The notes under the pieces: generated by a model
What the model was told of the DNA's origin: nothing
The model's input: the letters and a program-made list of their open reading frames with translations, nothing else
Databases searched by the model: none
Shown here: one piece after another, positions 1 through 17,302 of the stretch
Position numbering within the stretch: position 1 is the stretch's first letter
Layout of the letters: each line of letters starts with the position of its first letter
DNA from: the human T2T-CHM13v2.0 reference genome, Homo sapiens
Direction: 5' to 3' (one strand)
NCBI RefSeq assembly: GCF_009914755.1
Contig: NC_060931.1
DNA: 64,000 nt
Program-made: the position numbers and the translations under genes

Positions 1-2060
1 TCACTGTCCCCAGCCATTTGAGAGCAAAGAAAAACAATGTTCAGGATTATACTCTGCCCATAATACAGAGCTGTCCTCAGGAGACAAGCCTCTTATTTTT
101 GAGGGTATAACTATAGACGGCATTTACGTGCAAACTCTGTACAATGGGGTTCGATGGAGCTGGGCGCCAAGATAGGAAAGCTGCATGTCTGAGATAACTC
201 AAAAACACAAGGAATGATCATACAGAACTCGATTAATAAAATCACATATTTTCACAGGAGGAATACAAATATAAATACTGAAATATTAAAACTTACTTAC
301 AAAATCACTGCACATTGGGGCTTGAAAAAACAGCAGCACACAAATATCCTTAAACCTGGTTCAACTTAAAAGGAATTTTTTTAAAAAAATGAGAGAGAAA
401 AATATTTAAAACACACATATACTGCAGGTGAGAAAAGTTTGAAACCTGAATGGTAAAACAGTTCCCTCTGAGACCTTTCTAAGAGGCTAGAGGTACTGAC
501 TTTTCCAAATCATACCAGGAGAAAGGGTAGTGCCTGTGTTTCTCTGAAAAGTTCTGACATTTGAGGAGAAGGAAAACTGCTGTGATCAAATTCATTCAAC
601 ACAAGACTTCTCAACATCCACTTATTCTGTCACACAAGTCTGTCTGCACACATTGCTTTAACAACGCTCACCTATATGACTATTTCTCATACTGAGTGAA
701 ATTGTAACATGCCTCAGCAAGTGATCTAGAGTGGTATGATTTTAATACTTTGCCTCATTTCATTAAAGATTTCAGCCAGCATACAAGAATTCACAAGGTA
801 GAAAATGCTAACTAAAGAAAAATCTGATCAGAGAACAGTTTAGATGATCAAGACCTAGAGAAAGTTAAGAGAGAATATGCAGGCCGCAATCCAATAGAGT
901 TGGAATAACTGAGCAGCTAATAATCTGAGTTTCCTGGAAACAACAATCTGAGTTTCCTGGTAAGCAATGAGTAAAGGAAACCAAAATCAGCCATATGATA
1001 TATCCTGCAAGAAGTCACATAACCACACTATCTTATATCATGGTCTTGTGTTTTATCTGCACAGTATTTAAAATTTTCAGAAAAGTATACACCTCACTTG
1101 ACATAGACCAGCAATTCTATAGCTACCATGACAACATTCTTCTACTCTGGGCTTTGGTCTGGGTTCCAAAACCCACTTATTAGAAGAGGGTCAGCCTAAA
1201 GGGCTGGGAAGCTGTGGCCTTCCTGTTTCTGGATTACAGGGCTGTCTCCAGCCCAAAAGAGTGAGAACCCCAGAGAAAAACCCAATGACGAGCGTCAGTC
1301 CACAGCCAGCCCCTGAACCATCTACACTTTACACTCCCACACTCGATATGGCCTCCTCAACTCTGGGGCTATTCCAGCTCTTTCAGTTTGGATTTTTTTA
1401 GCTTTCAGTTTTTCACCAGCTTTCAACCACACAGTCTTGTTCTCTGAATGACAGCCTATCTTCCCACTTCTGACATGGCTCTTGATTGCAGGCACTCCTT
1501 CTGGTAACAAGCCTTTTTAACTTCGGCCAGAGAGGCCCAGCAGTAAGCGGACCTCAGAGCTGATCCCAGGCTTGCAGTAGACAAACTGCCTCATGCTCTT
1601 CTATCCAAGCTGGGATAAAGATGTTTTTCTCTGACACCACAGCCCATTACACATTTTTCAGAGATGCATGATTTGAAAAAGAAACACACTGGCATGTACT
1701 TCATGTGAGGTGGGCAGCATGTATTTGAAGCTCATAAATCTACCCACTTCCCTCTTCTCAATGAGATCTGACTTGCAAAACTGTTTGCAGACTGTGGTGC
1801 CTTTAAACAGCACACATGCATCCCCATGATTCACTATGCCCATTTCTTAGACAGGGCCAGTTTCTATGAGGGAATAGCCTATTTCAATACAGTGCCAACT
1901 TAAAATATTTAAACTCCAGTAGTGTTTGGGACAGACTGAAAATAACTTTTCCAATTTTAAAGCAACCTAAGTTTTACAGCGTATTTTTATTTCTCCAAGT
2001 TCATGATTTTTAAACAATGCAGTAGGCATTAAAATGAACCATGTTAAGAAACAAATGTAG

Positions 2061-2392
2061 GGCCTGGTGCAGTGGCTGTCGCCTGTAATCCCAGCACTTT
2101 GGGAGGCCAAGGCAGCAGATTGCTTGAGCTCAGGGGTTAGAGACCAGCCTGGGCAACATGGCAAAACTCTATCTCTATAAAAAAAATACAAAATTATTAG
2201 CCAGGTGTGGTGGCACATGCCTGTGGTCCCAGCTACTCAGGAGGCTGAGGCAGGAGGATTGCTTGAACCCAGGAGGCAGGAGGCGGAAGTTGCAGTGAGC
2301 CATGATCGAGCCACCACACTCCAGCCTGGGCGACAGAGCAAGACCCTGACTCAAAAAAAAAAAAAAGAAAAAGAAAAAAGGAAGGAAACAAA
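2061..2392 (+). mobile_element. Alu (AluJ-like)
   Basis: Dimeric Alu with A tail; diverged TSD GAAACAAAT; small internal duplication AGGAGGC-AGGAGGC. Confidence 0.93.
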
Positions 2393-3129
2393 TTTAAAAC
2401 AGGGTGCCAATCAAGTATCTTCAAATAGACTTAATATGCAATAAAAAAATAAAATCAAAGAAAATATACATATATAGGAAGATGTTTGGAGAAAAACTTA
2501 CCTGAGTAGCCAGTCTGTAATAAGGGAGCACTCAATTTAAGACACAGTTTGACAGCATCACCCACTTTAATTGTCTGTTATGGTATTAGCCAGAATTCAA
2601 TTATTTGATTTAAATTTCTATCAACCTATCATGTATTTCTATTGAATACTACCAGTTGGATATGGTTGTTACTGTTTTTAATCCATTTGGTTAAAAAAAA
2701 ATAAAAAGTGACATTTTTCTCAGGAAATGAAAGACTAGCTCTTCCAGTAGCAAGAAGTAAGATTTTCAAAAGACTTTTTGGCTTTTGGATCACTGTCTTT
2801 GGAAAGCTGCCTCTTTAATCTTTGTAAGTAATTCTATAAAATATGATACATGCCTAGTTTTTAGGTAGAAGTTTAGAATTAAATTCATTTATTTTCAGGC
2901 TTCTCAAATTTGTAAAATCATAAGGAGAATAAAATACATCTTAAAAACTAAAAGTAAGAAAGTTATAAAGAAGGATTCAGCAGCATCAGAAGAGATCTTA
3001 AATGTGCAGAGGGAAAAACTGTCAGTCAGACAGCCCATGAGCCGTCCTTGGTATGTCAGTATTTTTTTTTTAGGGTGAGAACCAAGACATCAGAGAGGTG
3101 ATGGTAGGAATGGAAGTCCATGGGTCTTA

Positions 3130-3290
3130 ACAAATTATCTCCCTTAATTCCTGTTATCACCCTGTGCGGCTGCCATTTCCACTCCCATTTTAGAGATGAG
3201 GAAGCCAGTCCAGTATCTAAGAACTTGCTCAAGGTCACACTGCCAGAAGGTGGCAGAGGTGGGCCTGGGTCTTAAGTTTAACTGACACTA
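3130..3290 (-). mobile_element. MIR fragment
   Basis: CCCATTTTAGAGATGAGGAA...ACTTGCTCAAGGTCACAC core. Confidence 0.75.
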
Positions 3291-3419
3291 TTGCAGTCTA
3301 GCAGAAATGCAACATATTTAATCCATCATTTCCAGTTCAAGATAGCAGGCTGGGCAAACATATTTCTCACCTGTCCCTCCAAAGACTTCTGTGAAATGAA
3401 AAACTGGAAGTAAGTTTTG

Positions 3420-3685
3420 TAGTAATGATAAAATAACAGTACCAAAGAATAAAATTTACCAGGCCCTTACTCTGTGCTAGGCACTTCTAAGAGCTTTATT
3501 TATATTAAGTAATTTAATCCTCAAAACGAACCCATGATGTCAGAGCTACTCCCGGCCCCACTGTATATATGAGAAAATGGGGGCTCAGAAAGGCTAAGTA
3601 ATTTGCCCATAATCACATTGTTAGGAGTGGCAGAATTAGGATTTGAACTGAGGCAGTCTGGGTCTATGGGTGAAACTCTTAACAC
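3420..3685 (-). mobile_element. MIR
   Basis: ATGAGAAAATGGGGGCTCAGAAAGGCTAAGTAATTTGCCCATAATCACA...GGATTTGAAC core. Confidence 0.8.
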
Positions 3686-3862
3686 AGTCAAAGAAATACA
3701 TAAAATTAAGATAAAAAATTTCAACCCATTTCTGCAAGATGCATAGTGGGTAAGACTGGAATTATAGGTGGACATGGTGCGTAGAGAAGCAGCAGCCTGA
3801 AATATTCTTCAAGAGGGCAAAGAAACAGGTGGCAGCTGATTCACCTAAGAAGCCATGGGCTG

Positions 3863-4157
3863 GGTTGGGCGCGGTGGCTCACGCCTGTAATCCCAGCACT
3901 TTGGGAGGCCGAGGCGGGGGGATCACGAGGTCAGGAGTACAAGACCAGCCTGGCCAAGATGGTGAAACCCCGTCTCTACCAAAAATACAAAAAAATTAGC
4001 TGGGTGAGGTGGCGGGCGCCTGTAATCTCAGCCACTAGGGAGGCTGAGGCAGAGAACTGCTTGAACCCGGGAGGCGGAGCTTGCATTGAGCCGAGATCGC
4101 GCCACTGCACTCCAGCCTGGGCGACAGACCGAGACTCCATCTAAAAAACAAAAAAGA
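3863..4157 (+). mobile_element. Alu (AluSg-like)
   Basis: Full dimer; TSD AAGCC(A/C)TGGGCTG on both sides. Confidence 0.95.
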
Positions 4158-4759
4158 AAAAAGCCCTGGGCTGGGCAGATCTTTTACCGGACACACCCGT
4201 GACAGTCAGATGGCCTGTCTCCTGCCCACAGCACATGAGCACAGGTAGCTGGCATTTCTCCAGATAAAAATTTTATGACTCTTTTTCAAAAAACAGAATG
4301 AACTTTCCTGGGAAAGTGAAGGCTTCAGCGTGGATTTTGAAGCCCTGTTTCCACCCAGGTCTATCACACAAATGCACTCACCACAAGAGTCACACCAGCT
4401 CTAACTTCTAGTGTTGGTCCCAGCAAGTTGGTGTGACACCCTTATTGGTACCCAAGCCATACCGGTTCTTATAGCTCCCCAGAATCAAGCCCTCTTCGTT
4501 CTGGCATGTGGAGAAGCTCCACCCTATTTCCCTAAAGGAAATCCTGCCAACTGATACACGTGGTCAGGATGTTCCATCCATCCATCCAAGTTTCCATATG
4601 CCAAGCAGAACAACATTAGGCCAGCTATCCTTCTCCACGGTTTTGGGGAATGACACCCAAGGATCACTAGGTTTTATGAGGAGAAAAAAGGACAGGAATG
4701 AGAATGACCAATATCAACAAGAAAAACTAACCTTGGAAGAAACTTTTAGAAGGTTTTAG

Positions 4760-6733
<1,974 letters not shown>

Positions 6734-8124
6734 GGCTTCATGATTTATTAAAATGAGCATGTGTTAACTTGTACATGATAATTGTCATCAAATATGGTAA
6801 AAAATGTTAAATTATAAAGAGAGCTTCAAGGTTTCTTTCTTGCTGGATCTTTCCTAGAAAAACAACAAACTAATATTGGAATAATCAAATAGTCATCGCA
6901 TATAGAAAAAAAAAGTTTGGCTTTTTCAAATCCATTTCAAGGAGAAAACTTTGCTTCTACCTGGCTTGGCATCCCAATTTTGGAATATTACTCTGAGGAA
7001 GAATTCTAGTAACATCTCTTTATAACCTCTCAGTGGATTACAGGCTTACAGCCTCACAATTGTCATTCAATTCTGGGATCCTCAGAAAATTAGCCCCAAT
7101 TGTTCAACCAAATCTGACACCACTGATCAGAAATGAGCCAACATGAGCAGGTTGATTTTGTAAAGCATTTAGCAGAGCATCATCTTAGGAAACATTAAAC
7201 TGAGACTGGAAAAAAGACCCTAAAAGGTATTTAAACATAAAATGAGCTCAAAAAAAAAAACACAAGTAATCTTCACCTACCACCCTATCAATAATCATTT
7301 GCTTCAAATCTTTGCACATCACCATATTCCATTGTTACTAACACCATAATCCTCTGCACCAAAACCCTCTCCTACAATTTCAGAACACCAAAAGGCCTTC
7401 AATATTAATTCCTAAAAGAAATACTTTTTTTTAGAAATTAACTTTGAAGAATGGAATTTGTTTAATAAAAGTAAAACTTATACAAAAACATTCTCTCATA
7501 TCATCAGCTTACTTAAGTGAAAAGAAAACAAACTTATGACTCCTTAGAACAACTCTGTTTCTACTTTGGCTCTTGGCAAAACTAGGTTGGCATTCAAATG
7601 AAACAAGGAACTCTGAAATAAATCAGTATTTTACCTTGGTCTCAGATATCATTAGCTAAATGAGGACAAGTAAACGACAGAACACACTCAAGCATTAGTG
7701 TTGCCGATGCCTCCAAGTTCATTTACTTCCAAAACCCAGACAATGCAGCCTGTGGAGCTTCTCAACCAGTCAGACTCCAGGCCTCACTCCTAATTGCACC
7801 GAGTTCCCTCCAAACACTGGGATCAGGAAATTCACAGAACAGGAGGGCTGACACTACATCATCACCCCACTGAATCCTGACTCTTTTCAGGAGTGGGGCC
7901 AATCACAGCTTTCCTATCAAGCTCTGCATAATAGAGTTTCTAATTAGAATCTTAATACTCTGGATAGAAAGCAGCAGAAAAAAAAAAAAAAAACTGTGCC
8001 TTAGAGTCTTGCTCACCTGGTGGCTCATTATGAGAGAAACACTTCAGAAAATCTGAAGATTAATAGCAGGAGTGTGGCATCAAAGGAACAAGACTGCACC
8101 ATTACCAAAAGGAAAAAAAAATTA

Positions 8125-8810
<686 letters not shown>

Positions 8811-11294
8811 TTAACTACCCTAGCTCAGAGGGCAAACCCACAAAAACCCAGAAAATTTATTACTTCTGAGTTTATTAGATTTTGGGGACAGGAACTATGT
8901 GCTAAATTAGGCATGCTGTGGGCTCTCAGGTTTGATAAATCAGGTATGAGGCAGAATGAAATCAACACTGACAAAGACTAGCTGCGCACCACCCTCAGAA
9001 TATGACAGCACGTGCCAACATCACTGAAGGGCCTTGAAAGGTCATTAGACAATAAACTATGTGCTTGGCTGAAATATTAGCAAGGGTCAGGATGAGCTCA
9101 CGTGAAATTTTCCCTGCAAGAAAACTCTAAAATTCAGGGGAGCATTTCAGATTGCAGTTCACAACTCCTCATAAATTAATGAAAGTCAGGCATTAAACTT
9201 AATAAAAGCTGGAACGGATCAAGCAGAAAGAAAACGCAGCATCGGCATATGTGTTATGTGAATTTCTCAGAGTCCATAAATTTGATATTTGGAAGGAAGA
9301 AGGGAAATGTTAATTAGGAGAATTTCATAGTGGATTTAAATTTGCCATGGAGTCAAAGCTCTATTGTAAAAACCCCCTTGGAATCTGAAATCACCGTCAC
9401 CAGATCTAGGTCCTGCCTTTTATCTTGCTATTTTACACTTGTTGATATGCAACTTAATTGTTTCATGTGTTGTTTCTTATTTTCTCTCCCCAAATTATAA
9501 AATCTAGAACGCTAAGGTCATGTCTTTTATTCTACTGTGTGTGGAGCTCAATTAATGTTGGGGAACCAGTAAAAAAATCTAAAAATTCATCCCTCTGACT
9601 TCTCTAAAAGCCTTGTAGCAATTTTTCATGATCTTTAGACTATTCTAGCTAGCTATATCTCAGAGTATTATAGTCACTCTTAAAAGTCTCAATGTTGCCT
9701 TTTCTTATTTTCCTGATGTAGCAGGAGAGCATTGCCACAACATGTATCTTTATCTCACAGACCAGATATATCTCAGGTCAAATCAAGTCCCCTGAAACAT
9801 TACTTTATACAGATCCAGGCAGATATCTCATATTTGTCTTTAAAGCAAGTATCAGTCCTACTTGCAGGTCCCAGAGACAGGAAGGGATCCCAGTGGTCTT
9901 CTTCTTACTGTTTTCACAGATTTTCTACTCAGAGCTCTCTGTGTCAGTCTTGGCCTTCCTTAGCATATATTTCTTTAAGTTATTGGTTGAGAATTTCCAT
10001 GTCTGTCTTTAGCCTGCACGGGCCCTGCTATCTATACTCAGTCCTTTTGATCTTTTCTCATAAATCATTCCTCCAACCTCTTCATCATGCTTAAGATTCT
10101 TTTAGTTTATCTGAGACACCAAAGTCAGGAGACATGAACTGTCCATATTAGCGGGACTGTTGGATACCAAGATGCCTTTGTGGAAAAAAACTGTTTTCTC
10201 TCTGTCTCTCTCACTTTTTTTCTCTTTCTCTCCCCCTGCCACATGTAAGCATTAAGTATATTTATAAACAAAGGGGATACTGTCTTCCCACCACCTCCTC
10301 CCCTGGGTGGGGCAGGGTGGTTTGCAGCCCTGTGTAGAACCACATATAGAGACAGTTAAGGATCTTACAGTGGACTCTGTATGGCTGGTAGAGCTGGTCC
10401 CCAAAAATGCCTAGGTAGGGCCAGATACTGGCTTGTATTATCTGTTGACATGTGAAAGCTCCAGTTATTATACAAACTGTTCTTGAGAACTGAGATTTCA
10501 CATAATGAATTAAGATCTTTGATCCAAAGAGACAGCCCATCTTCCAAAAGCCACTGCACCATTAACGAAGCAGATGTGGGGGCAACAGGAGCACCATGAG
10601 AAGGACAACGTTTTATAAGACAGCTAGAAAAGGAATGCACGTAGGCCTCCGTTTCTCAGTTACAAAGCCGAGGTCTGGAGTCCAGACTCAAACCAGCACC
10701 ATGAGCAGGCTGTATAATCTCCATAATTATAATTCAAGTGCTAAATGAGTTTGTGTGAAAACTAAAGAAGATCACATAATGAGGTCCTCAGCCCAGTGCT
10801 TGGCACATGGGAAATATCACACATATGGCCTGTGGTGGTGATTACTACTGTGTACCAACTCTTACATCCTCCAAAACATGGGGGTACAGAGAGGACCACA
10901 GGCTTCCCCATTTTTAACTTCTAGGTAAGGTAATGTTAAGTTCTTTGCAAAATATCAGTTAACAAAATAAGAAGAAATGTCTCATTCTCCCCTACAACCC
11001 AACACCTGGAGCACAGGGAGGGCAGAGGTAGCAAGGACCAGTTCCTGCCTCTCTGACACTGGGATGCATAAGAACAAAGCCTGGACACCGAAGTGGCATT
11101 TGGCCTGCCTTCCCTGATTCTACACCCTTGTACTCCAAGCCCCTGCCCAAAACTGGCAATGCCACCACCTGGGTTCCAGGACATAGTTTCCAAGCACTCC
11201 CCAGCTGGGCTGATCCCAAACCACTGGCAACCTAGCCACGCTCTTGCACAGATCTGGACTATCATTTTGAAATCTCATCCGTTATGGGACATGG

Positions 11295-11525
11295 GTGAAG
11301 AATCTGAGTTCTGGAGCCAATAAACCGGGTTCAAACCTCAGTTCAGCCACTTCCAAACCACGTAAAAATGGACAACTTACTTAGCTTTACCAGGTCTCAG
11401 TTTCCTCATATGTCAAAGGGGAAAATCATGACAACCGCTCATAAGGTTGTTTTGTGGGGATTTAGTGACTTCAAGAGCAAAGCCCATGGCATAACATTGT
11501 GGTGCAGACAGAGAGCTTAATTTCT
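11295..11525 (+). mobile_element. MIR
   Basis: TCTGGAGCCA...GGGTTCAAACCTCAG...TCTCAGTTTCCTCATATGT. Confidence 0.8.
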
Positions 11526-11544
11526 GCTGGCTATCATTTCAGCA

Positions 11545-12520
11545 AGGATCATTTCCCACCTGGGCCACTGCAACAGCAGCCTGCTAAGTCACCTCCCTGA
11601 TTCCACATTCCATGCCTTCACAAACGTCACTGCACACCAGCCAGAGTGACAGCCCTAAAATAAAAATCAAATCACAACACTTCTTCCACTGGCTTTTTGT
11701 TGGCCCACAAGGTCCCTCAATCTCATCTCCCCCTACTGTCCCACCCCCTGGCCAATGACCACATTGGCATGCTCTCCGCTCCTGGTACTTTTTCACGGCA
11801 AACCTTTCAGTAGAATGCTCTCCCTCAGATCTCCCAGGGCAGCTTCTCTTTTTTTATTCAGTTATTCTGGCTGCAAAGACACCTCCTGAGCAAGGCTTTC
11901 CCTGCCCCACCCACCTGACCTAAGGCACAACATTCCTACCCAAGTCTCTCTCTAGCACATCACCTGGTTTATTACCCTCAGAGCACCACCAGCTATAGGT
12001 TGAGTATCCCTAATCTGAAAATCTGAAATGCTCCAAAATCCAAAACTCTGAGAGCTGAGATGATGCCACAGGTGAAAAATTCCACACCTGACCGACCTCA
12101 TGTGATGGGTCATAGTCAAAATGCAGCTAAAATTGTTTCATGCATAAAATTGTTTTAAAATACTACATAAAATCGCCTTAAGACTGTGTGGAAAAGGTAT
12201 ACATAAAACATAAATGAATTGTTTGTGTAGACTTGGATTTCATCTCCAAGATATCTCATTCTATATATGCAAATATTCAGAATCTGAAATCTAAAACACT
12301 TCTAGTCCTAAGCATTTCAGATAAGGGGTACTCAACCTGTATCTTCTTGTTAAGGCTCTGCCTAGGTGTTTGTTGTATGTCTCTTCTGGCTGGTATGTCA
12401 GCTTTGAGAACAAGAACCTGATTTGTTTTGGCAAACGCTGACCCCTCAGGACCTAGAATAGTGTCTGACTCACAGCAGGCTCTCAAAACACTGCACAAAG
12501 TTTTTTAATGAAAATAAATA
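11545..12520 (+). mobile_element. L2 3-prime relic, interrupted by a Tigger4/MER46 element
   Basis: C/T-rich L2-like body resuming after 12341 and ending CCTAGAATAGTGTCTGACTCACAGCAGGCTCTCAA. Confidence 0.6.
11996..12339 (-). mobile_element. Tigger4b/MER46-type Tc1-mariner MITE
   Basis: TIRs (T)AGGTTGAGTATCCCT and GGGGTACTCAACCTG flanked by TA; reverse-oriented relative of 34618-34967. Confidence 0.85.
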
Positions 12521-13671
12521 TCATGCATCATGTACTTAATGGAGTGAGACTCGAGGCAGGTCACGTCAGCAGTGTTATCAGAAGGACTGAGTCCCCCAGA
12601 GGCACTCAGGTGTCTCCAATTGTTCACTATCTCCCACATCATCGATCTGTGGCAATGTGATAAACACATACTGCATTTAAAACATCATTCATCATAAAAG
12701 ATAGAGGCTACATAAAAATGCATCTCACAGACCTATATATGAGAGGTAAACTGCACATTTGATCAAAAGGTCAACCCACTTGGTCAGGTTCACTGAGCCA
12801 AGCTGGGATCACAGACACCAAGTTGGAGTGGATCACAGATTCTCTAGCAGGGAGCGAGGTCACAGGAAAGCTACCATTGTATGTTAGTTTCCCTTCACCC
12901 CTGGGGGAGGAGGGAATAAATTTCTTACAAAGAGGAGACACAGGGGTAGGGGAAGGGAAAGGAAATGTGAAATCTTGCCCCATTTGAAAACAGGCTTATT
13001 CCACGAAAGCAAACCAGAAGAAGAGCTGGCATTTGCTTCTCAGCATCCCCCACGTGCACTTCTCTGCTCTTGTCTAAATTACCTAGGAAACAGGCACCTC
13101 CTTTTACTCCACTCACAAGACAGGAGCACAATCAGGATGCAGATCTGGGTCCCCCCAGTGGACGACGTAAACACCCCGCTTCCTAGAGTGGGCTCCCTTT
13201 GATCCTCACAATGTCCACTGATTAGGCCTGCGGCTCCCTAGGGAGCATGGCACAAGTCTCCTCCGGGGTCCCATCCTCTCCCCTGAGACTCTTTCAGTCC
13301 TGGCTGGATTGCAGGCTCATCCACTAATGCCAGTCTTTGTTCTCATGCTCCCCTGGTGGTGTTAGCTACTAAATTTCCCAGCTGAATTTCACTTGGTTAT
13401 TTCTGGGCCCTATCTCCAACCTCAGCCTGGCCCTGCTGCACAATTTCTCTAGCTTGACTGATGTGAGAGCATTTGGGAGTTTTCCAATAAAATAAAACTC
13501 AATGCTTTTTTTTTTCATTTTGAACACTGTAAGTGGAAATTAAAATGTGCCTTGATACAGAACACTGTTAATTCTTTAGGAACGAAGCCACAGTTATTTC
13601 CTATGTTTTTTATTTGTACTTTGTGATCAAGATATTGTGGTGATTGGGGTTACCTATTACAGAGCAGCTCA

Positions 13672-14022
<351 letters not shown>

Positions 14023-14329
14023 TATATGACCTGCTACACAAAGGAATGCAGCAGCACATCCTTAAAGACCAATGAGACAGCAGCCCAGCCAGGGACGCCT
14101 GGGAGGGGAACCCTGTGACCTGCGATGGAGTCGCACGCTGTCAAATTGAAAGCAGGGGTGAATTCAATTCTGCAATGGAGAAATTCTGGGTAAGTGATTG
14201 GGAACCCAAAGGTCTGTTTAAATATACAAAGGGCCATGGAACAAGTCTTAGTAATCACCCCAGACTCTTGCAGGAGAGAAACAAACAGCTCCTCACAGAA
14301 GCCTGCTGGCCTGGACCTCTTGAGCCCTG

Positions 14330-14700
14330 TCTTTGCCACTTCCCTCCTGAAATTCACCCTCCAACCACAAAGATTCTTCTCAAGTCCTGCAGATGTCAGT
14401 TCTTCCTTTGGCTTCCAGGCCTTGACAAATGCTCCTTTTTGCCTAGATTACTCTTTCCTCACCTCTTTCAGATATCACCTCCTCCGGGAGGCCTTCTGGA
14501 CTGCCAAGGCTGGGTAAGTCCCTCACCTGCTCCCAAAGGACTCCTCACTCTCTCTCCCCTGACAGCTCCCTTGTATTGACTTTTCGATGGCCTAAAGCTC
14601 AACAGAAGCAGGCACTTGCTCATTTTGTTCAACACTGTTTAGCACTTAGGTGACACTCAATAAGCAAATGCTCAATTAATACATGACTGACAGAATGAAC
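14330..14700 (+). mobile_element. L2 3-prime relic
   Basis: CAGATATCACCTCCTCCGGGAGGCCTTC...ACTCAATAA...GAATGAA terminus. Confidence 0.6.
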
Positions 14701-15722
14701 ACAAAAATAAATAGCTAAAGGAATCAAATGGAATCTTGCTTTATTTTGATCTAAGAAGAAGAAACTCATTGAAAAACTGAGGTTAATGAAAAGCCTGGCC
14801 CCCCTCAAAAGAAGTGAAGACATTAGAATGATGAGAACAGTCCATTGTAGGATAGACCCAAATTTAATAGCTTAAAGAATTGAGGAAGTTGGATCCTTTT
14901 CAAAGCGTACAACAAGAATCCAAACTATATCAGAAGACAGAGAGAAGAGAGCAATAAAATGCCAGATCGGTTACTCTAAATTAACCCAAACTGTGAACAG
15001 CACACAGAGAAAAATCAAGCCCTTTCCCTAAGAACTATGAAGATACAGCACAAATTTACAGGTATGAGATCAAGAAAGCTAAGGCAGGATGGGAGATTGC
15101 AGCTTCAAGAGACATCAAAGGTAACATTCTTTAATTATACAAGAAAAAGGAGGAGGGCCGAGGATAATGTTGCCTCTATTAAGAAAGCGGGAGGGAAAGC
15201 TGTTAGCAGATGGCTATGAAATGGCAAGAGTTGCTGTTTCTCATGCTTTACTCTAGGAGGGAAGGAAGGAAGGAAACAGGGAGGGAAAGGACGGAGGGAA
15301 AGAAATCACAAGCAACTACTAAAAAAGTGCCATTTGGGTGGGTGCCAAATTAGAAAAGATAAATAATTACATGGAATCTTTAAGCAACTGGATTCATGAT
15401 CCTGAACTGAGTTGCAGATGGGGCCTCCCATCAACATGGATCAGACGCATACTTGGATGCTAAGTTGGGAAGATGTTACCAAAATATGAATTGCCTAGAG
15501 GCTGTTGAAGACAAGATACATCACTGAAATTTGGAAAAAGGCAAACAAACATCATGCTCCCCTTAACCACAGGGAAAATACCTACTTGTTCGATGCCAGA
15601 TGGGTGTCATGGAAGAGAGGCAGCTCTCCTGTGTTAATCTTACAGTACTTAAAATTACGGTCCCCATCCAAGTCTATGAGTGAAATGCCAGCTTATTCCA
15701 AAGAATCGAAGTCCCTGCCTTA

Positions 15723-16107
<385 letters not shown>

Positions 16108-16772
16108 TCAGAGGTTGTGTACAATAACTAAATTGTAGAAGGGAAGCAGAAACAGCAATGTCTCTTCAGGTGGTCAAGAAGCCACTCTGATGGGCAGGCT
16201 GTGAGCATGGGTCACCTGGAATTCCACCTCCATGGTGACTGTGATAAGCATCTGAGCAGCTCCCAACTTCTCTGCCCTATGGTGGCACGCATGAGTCCCC
16301 AGTCCTACCCTAGGAGTTTTGGTGCCCACAGAAAGTAAGTACTGCCTCGGACTAATCACATTATTCCAAAGGAGGTCGGGCCACCAGGTAGGGGCAACAC
16401 AAGGAAGTAGCTGTGATGTGTTTAAAGGTGAGAATGACATGACTACTCAAGTGTCCACGGTAGGAAAATATCCTTGTAAGATGGCTCTTAGAGACTTTCC
16501 AAGGAGGTGGGTTGTTAGATAGGCCTTTAAACAAAAGCAGGATTTGAAGGCAAAGAGAAAGCAAGTAACTGGTCCAGGAGAAACAACTATACAAGCAGGG
16601 CAACAAGGGCAGGGCCAGCACCAGAGCAGTGGCCAATGGGAGCTGAGTCGTTGTAGAAGAGAACAGTGCCAGGCGGCAGGGGAAGAGAGGACTGGACCAG
16701 TGCACTAAGGGGCTAAGTGATTTTCTCTAGAAAAATGCGGTCTCTCTTGGTCTTTTCTTTCTCTTCCTGACC

Positions 16773-16781
16773 TGGGTGGTC
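16773..16781 (-). promoter_or_regulatory. Consensus GLI-binding motif GACCACCCA
   Basis: TGGGTGGTC on the plus strand; sequence match only, function unknown. Confidence 0.3.
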
Positions 16782-17064
16782 TTCAAGCTTCTCCCAGTCT
16801 CCTTTAATAAATTTATCCTCAAAATTGATGAATAAAATTGTTAACAAATTTTTCTAAATGCTACAGGGACTTTTCTCACTGTTGGTTCCCAGTTTCATTC
16901 ACTATCTCCTAAAACAGAGATACGCAGACTCACGGTCGCATCAGGCACAAGAGTAGTCAAGATTCACTGGCAACAGTTCAAATCTGGAACACTAAGAATT
17001 ATCCCTAAATCTGTATTGCTTTGCTCCAAGTTGTCTTGCAATGCAGCTCTTTAAAAGTCTATGG

Positions 17065-17302
<238 letters not shown>

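Noticed and set aside
2497-2506. AG|GTAAG words on the transcript strand as recursive splice sites (also near 24345, 36545, 39660, 40527)
   Set aside because: Donor-like matches, but none has a polypyrimidine tract before the AG.
8074-8086. 13-mer GTGGCATCAAAGG shared with 30673-30685
   Set aside because: Dozens of 13-mer matches are expected by chance in 64 kb; only the embedded TCF motif is noted.
9715-10445. Possible old LTR relics (also 16165-16830)
   Set aside because: The texture suggests decayed LTRs, but I could not identify termini, TSDs or family with confidence.
14115-14579. 154-aa ORF, and similar long ORFs at 30748-31257, 34757-35221 and 56617-57123
   Set aside because: Most overlap L2, MITE or microsatellite sequence; none has a recognisable domain, and the starts are often non-ATG.
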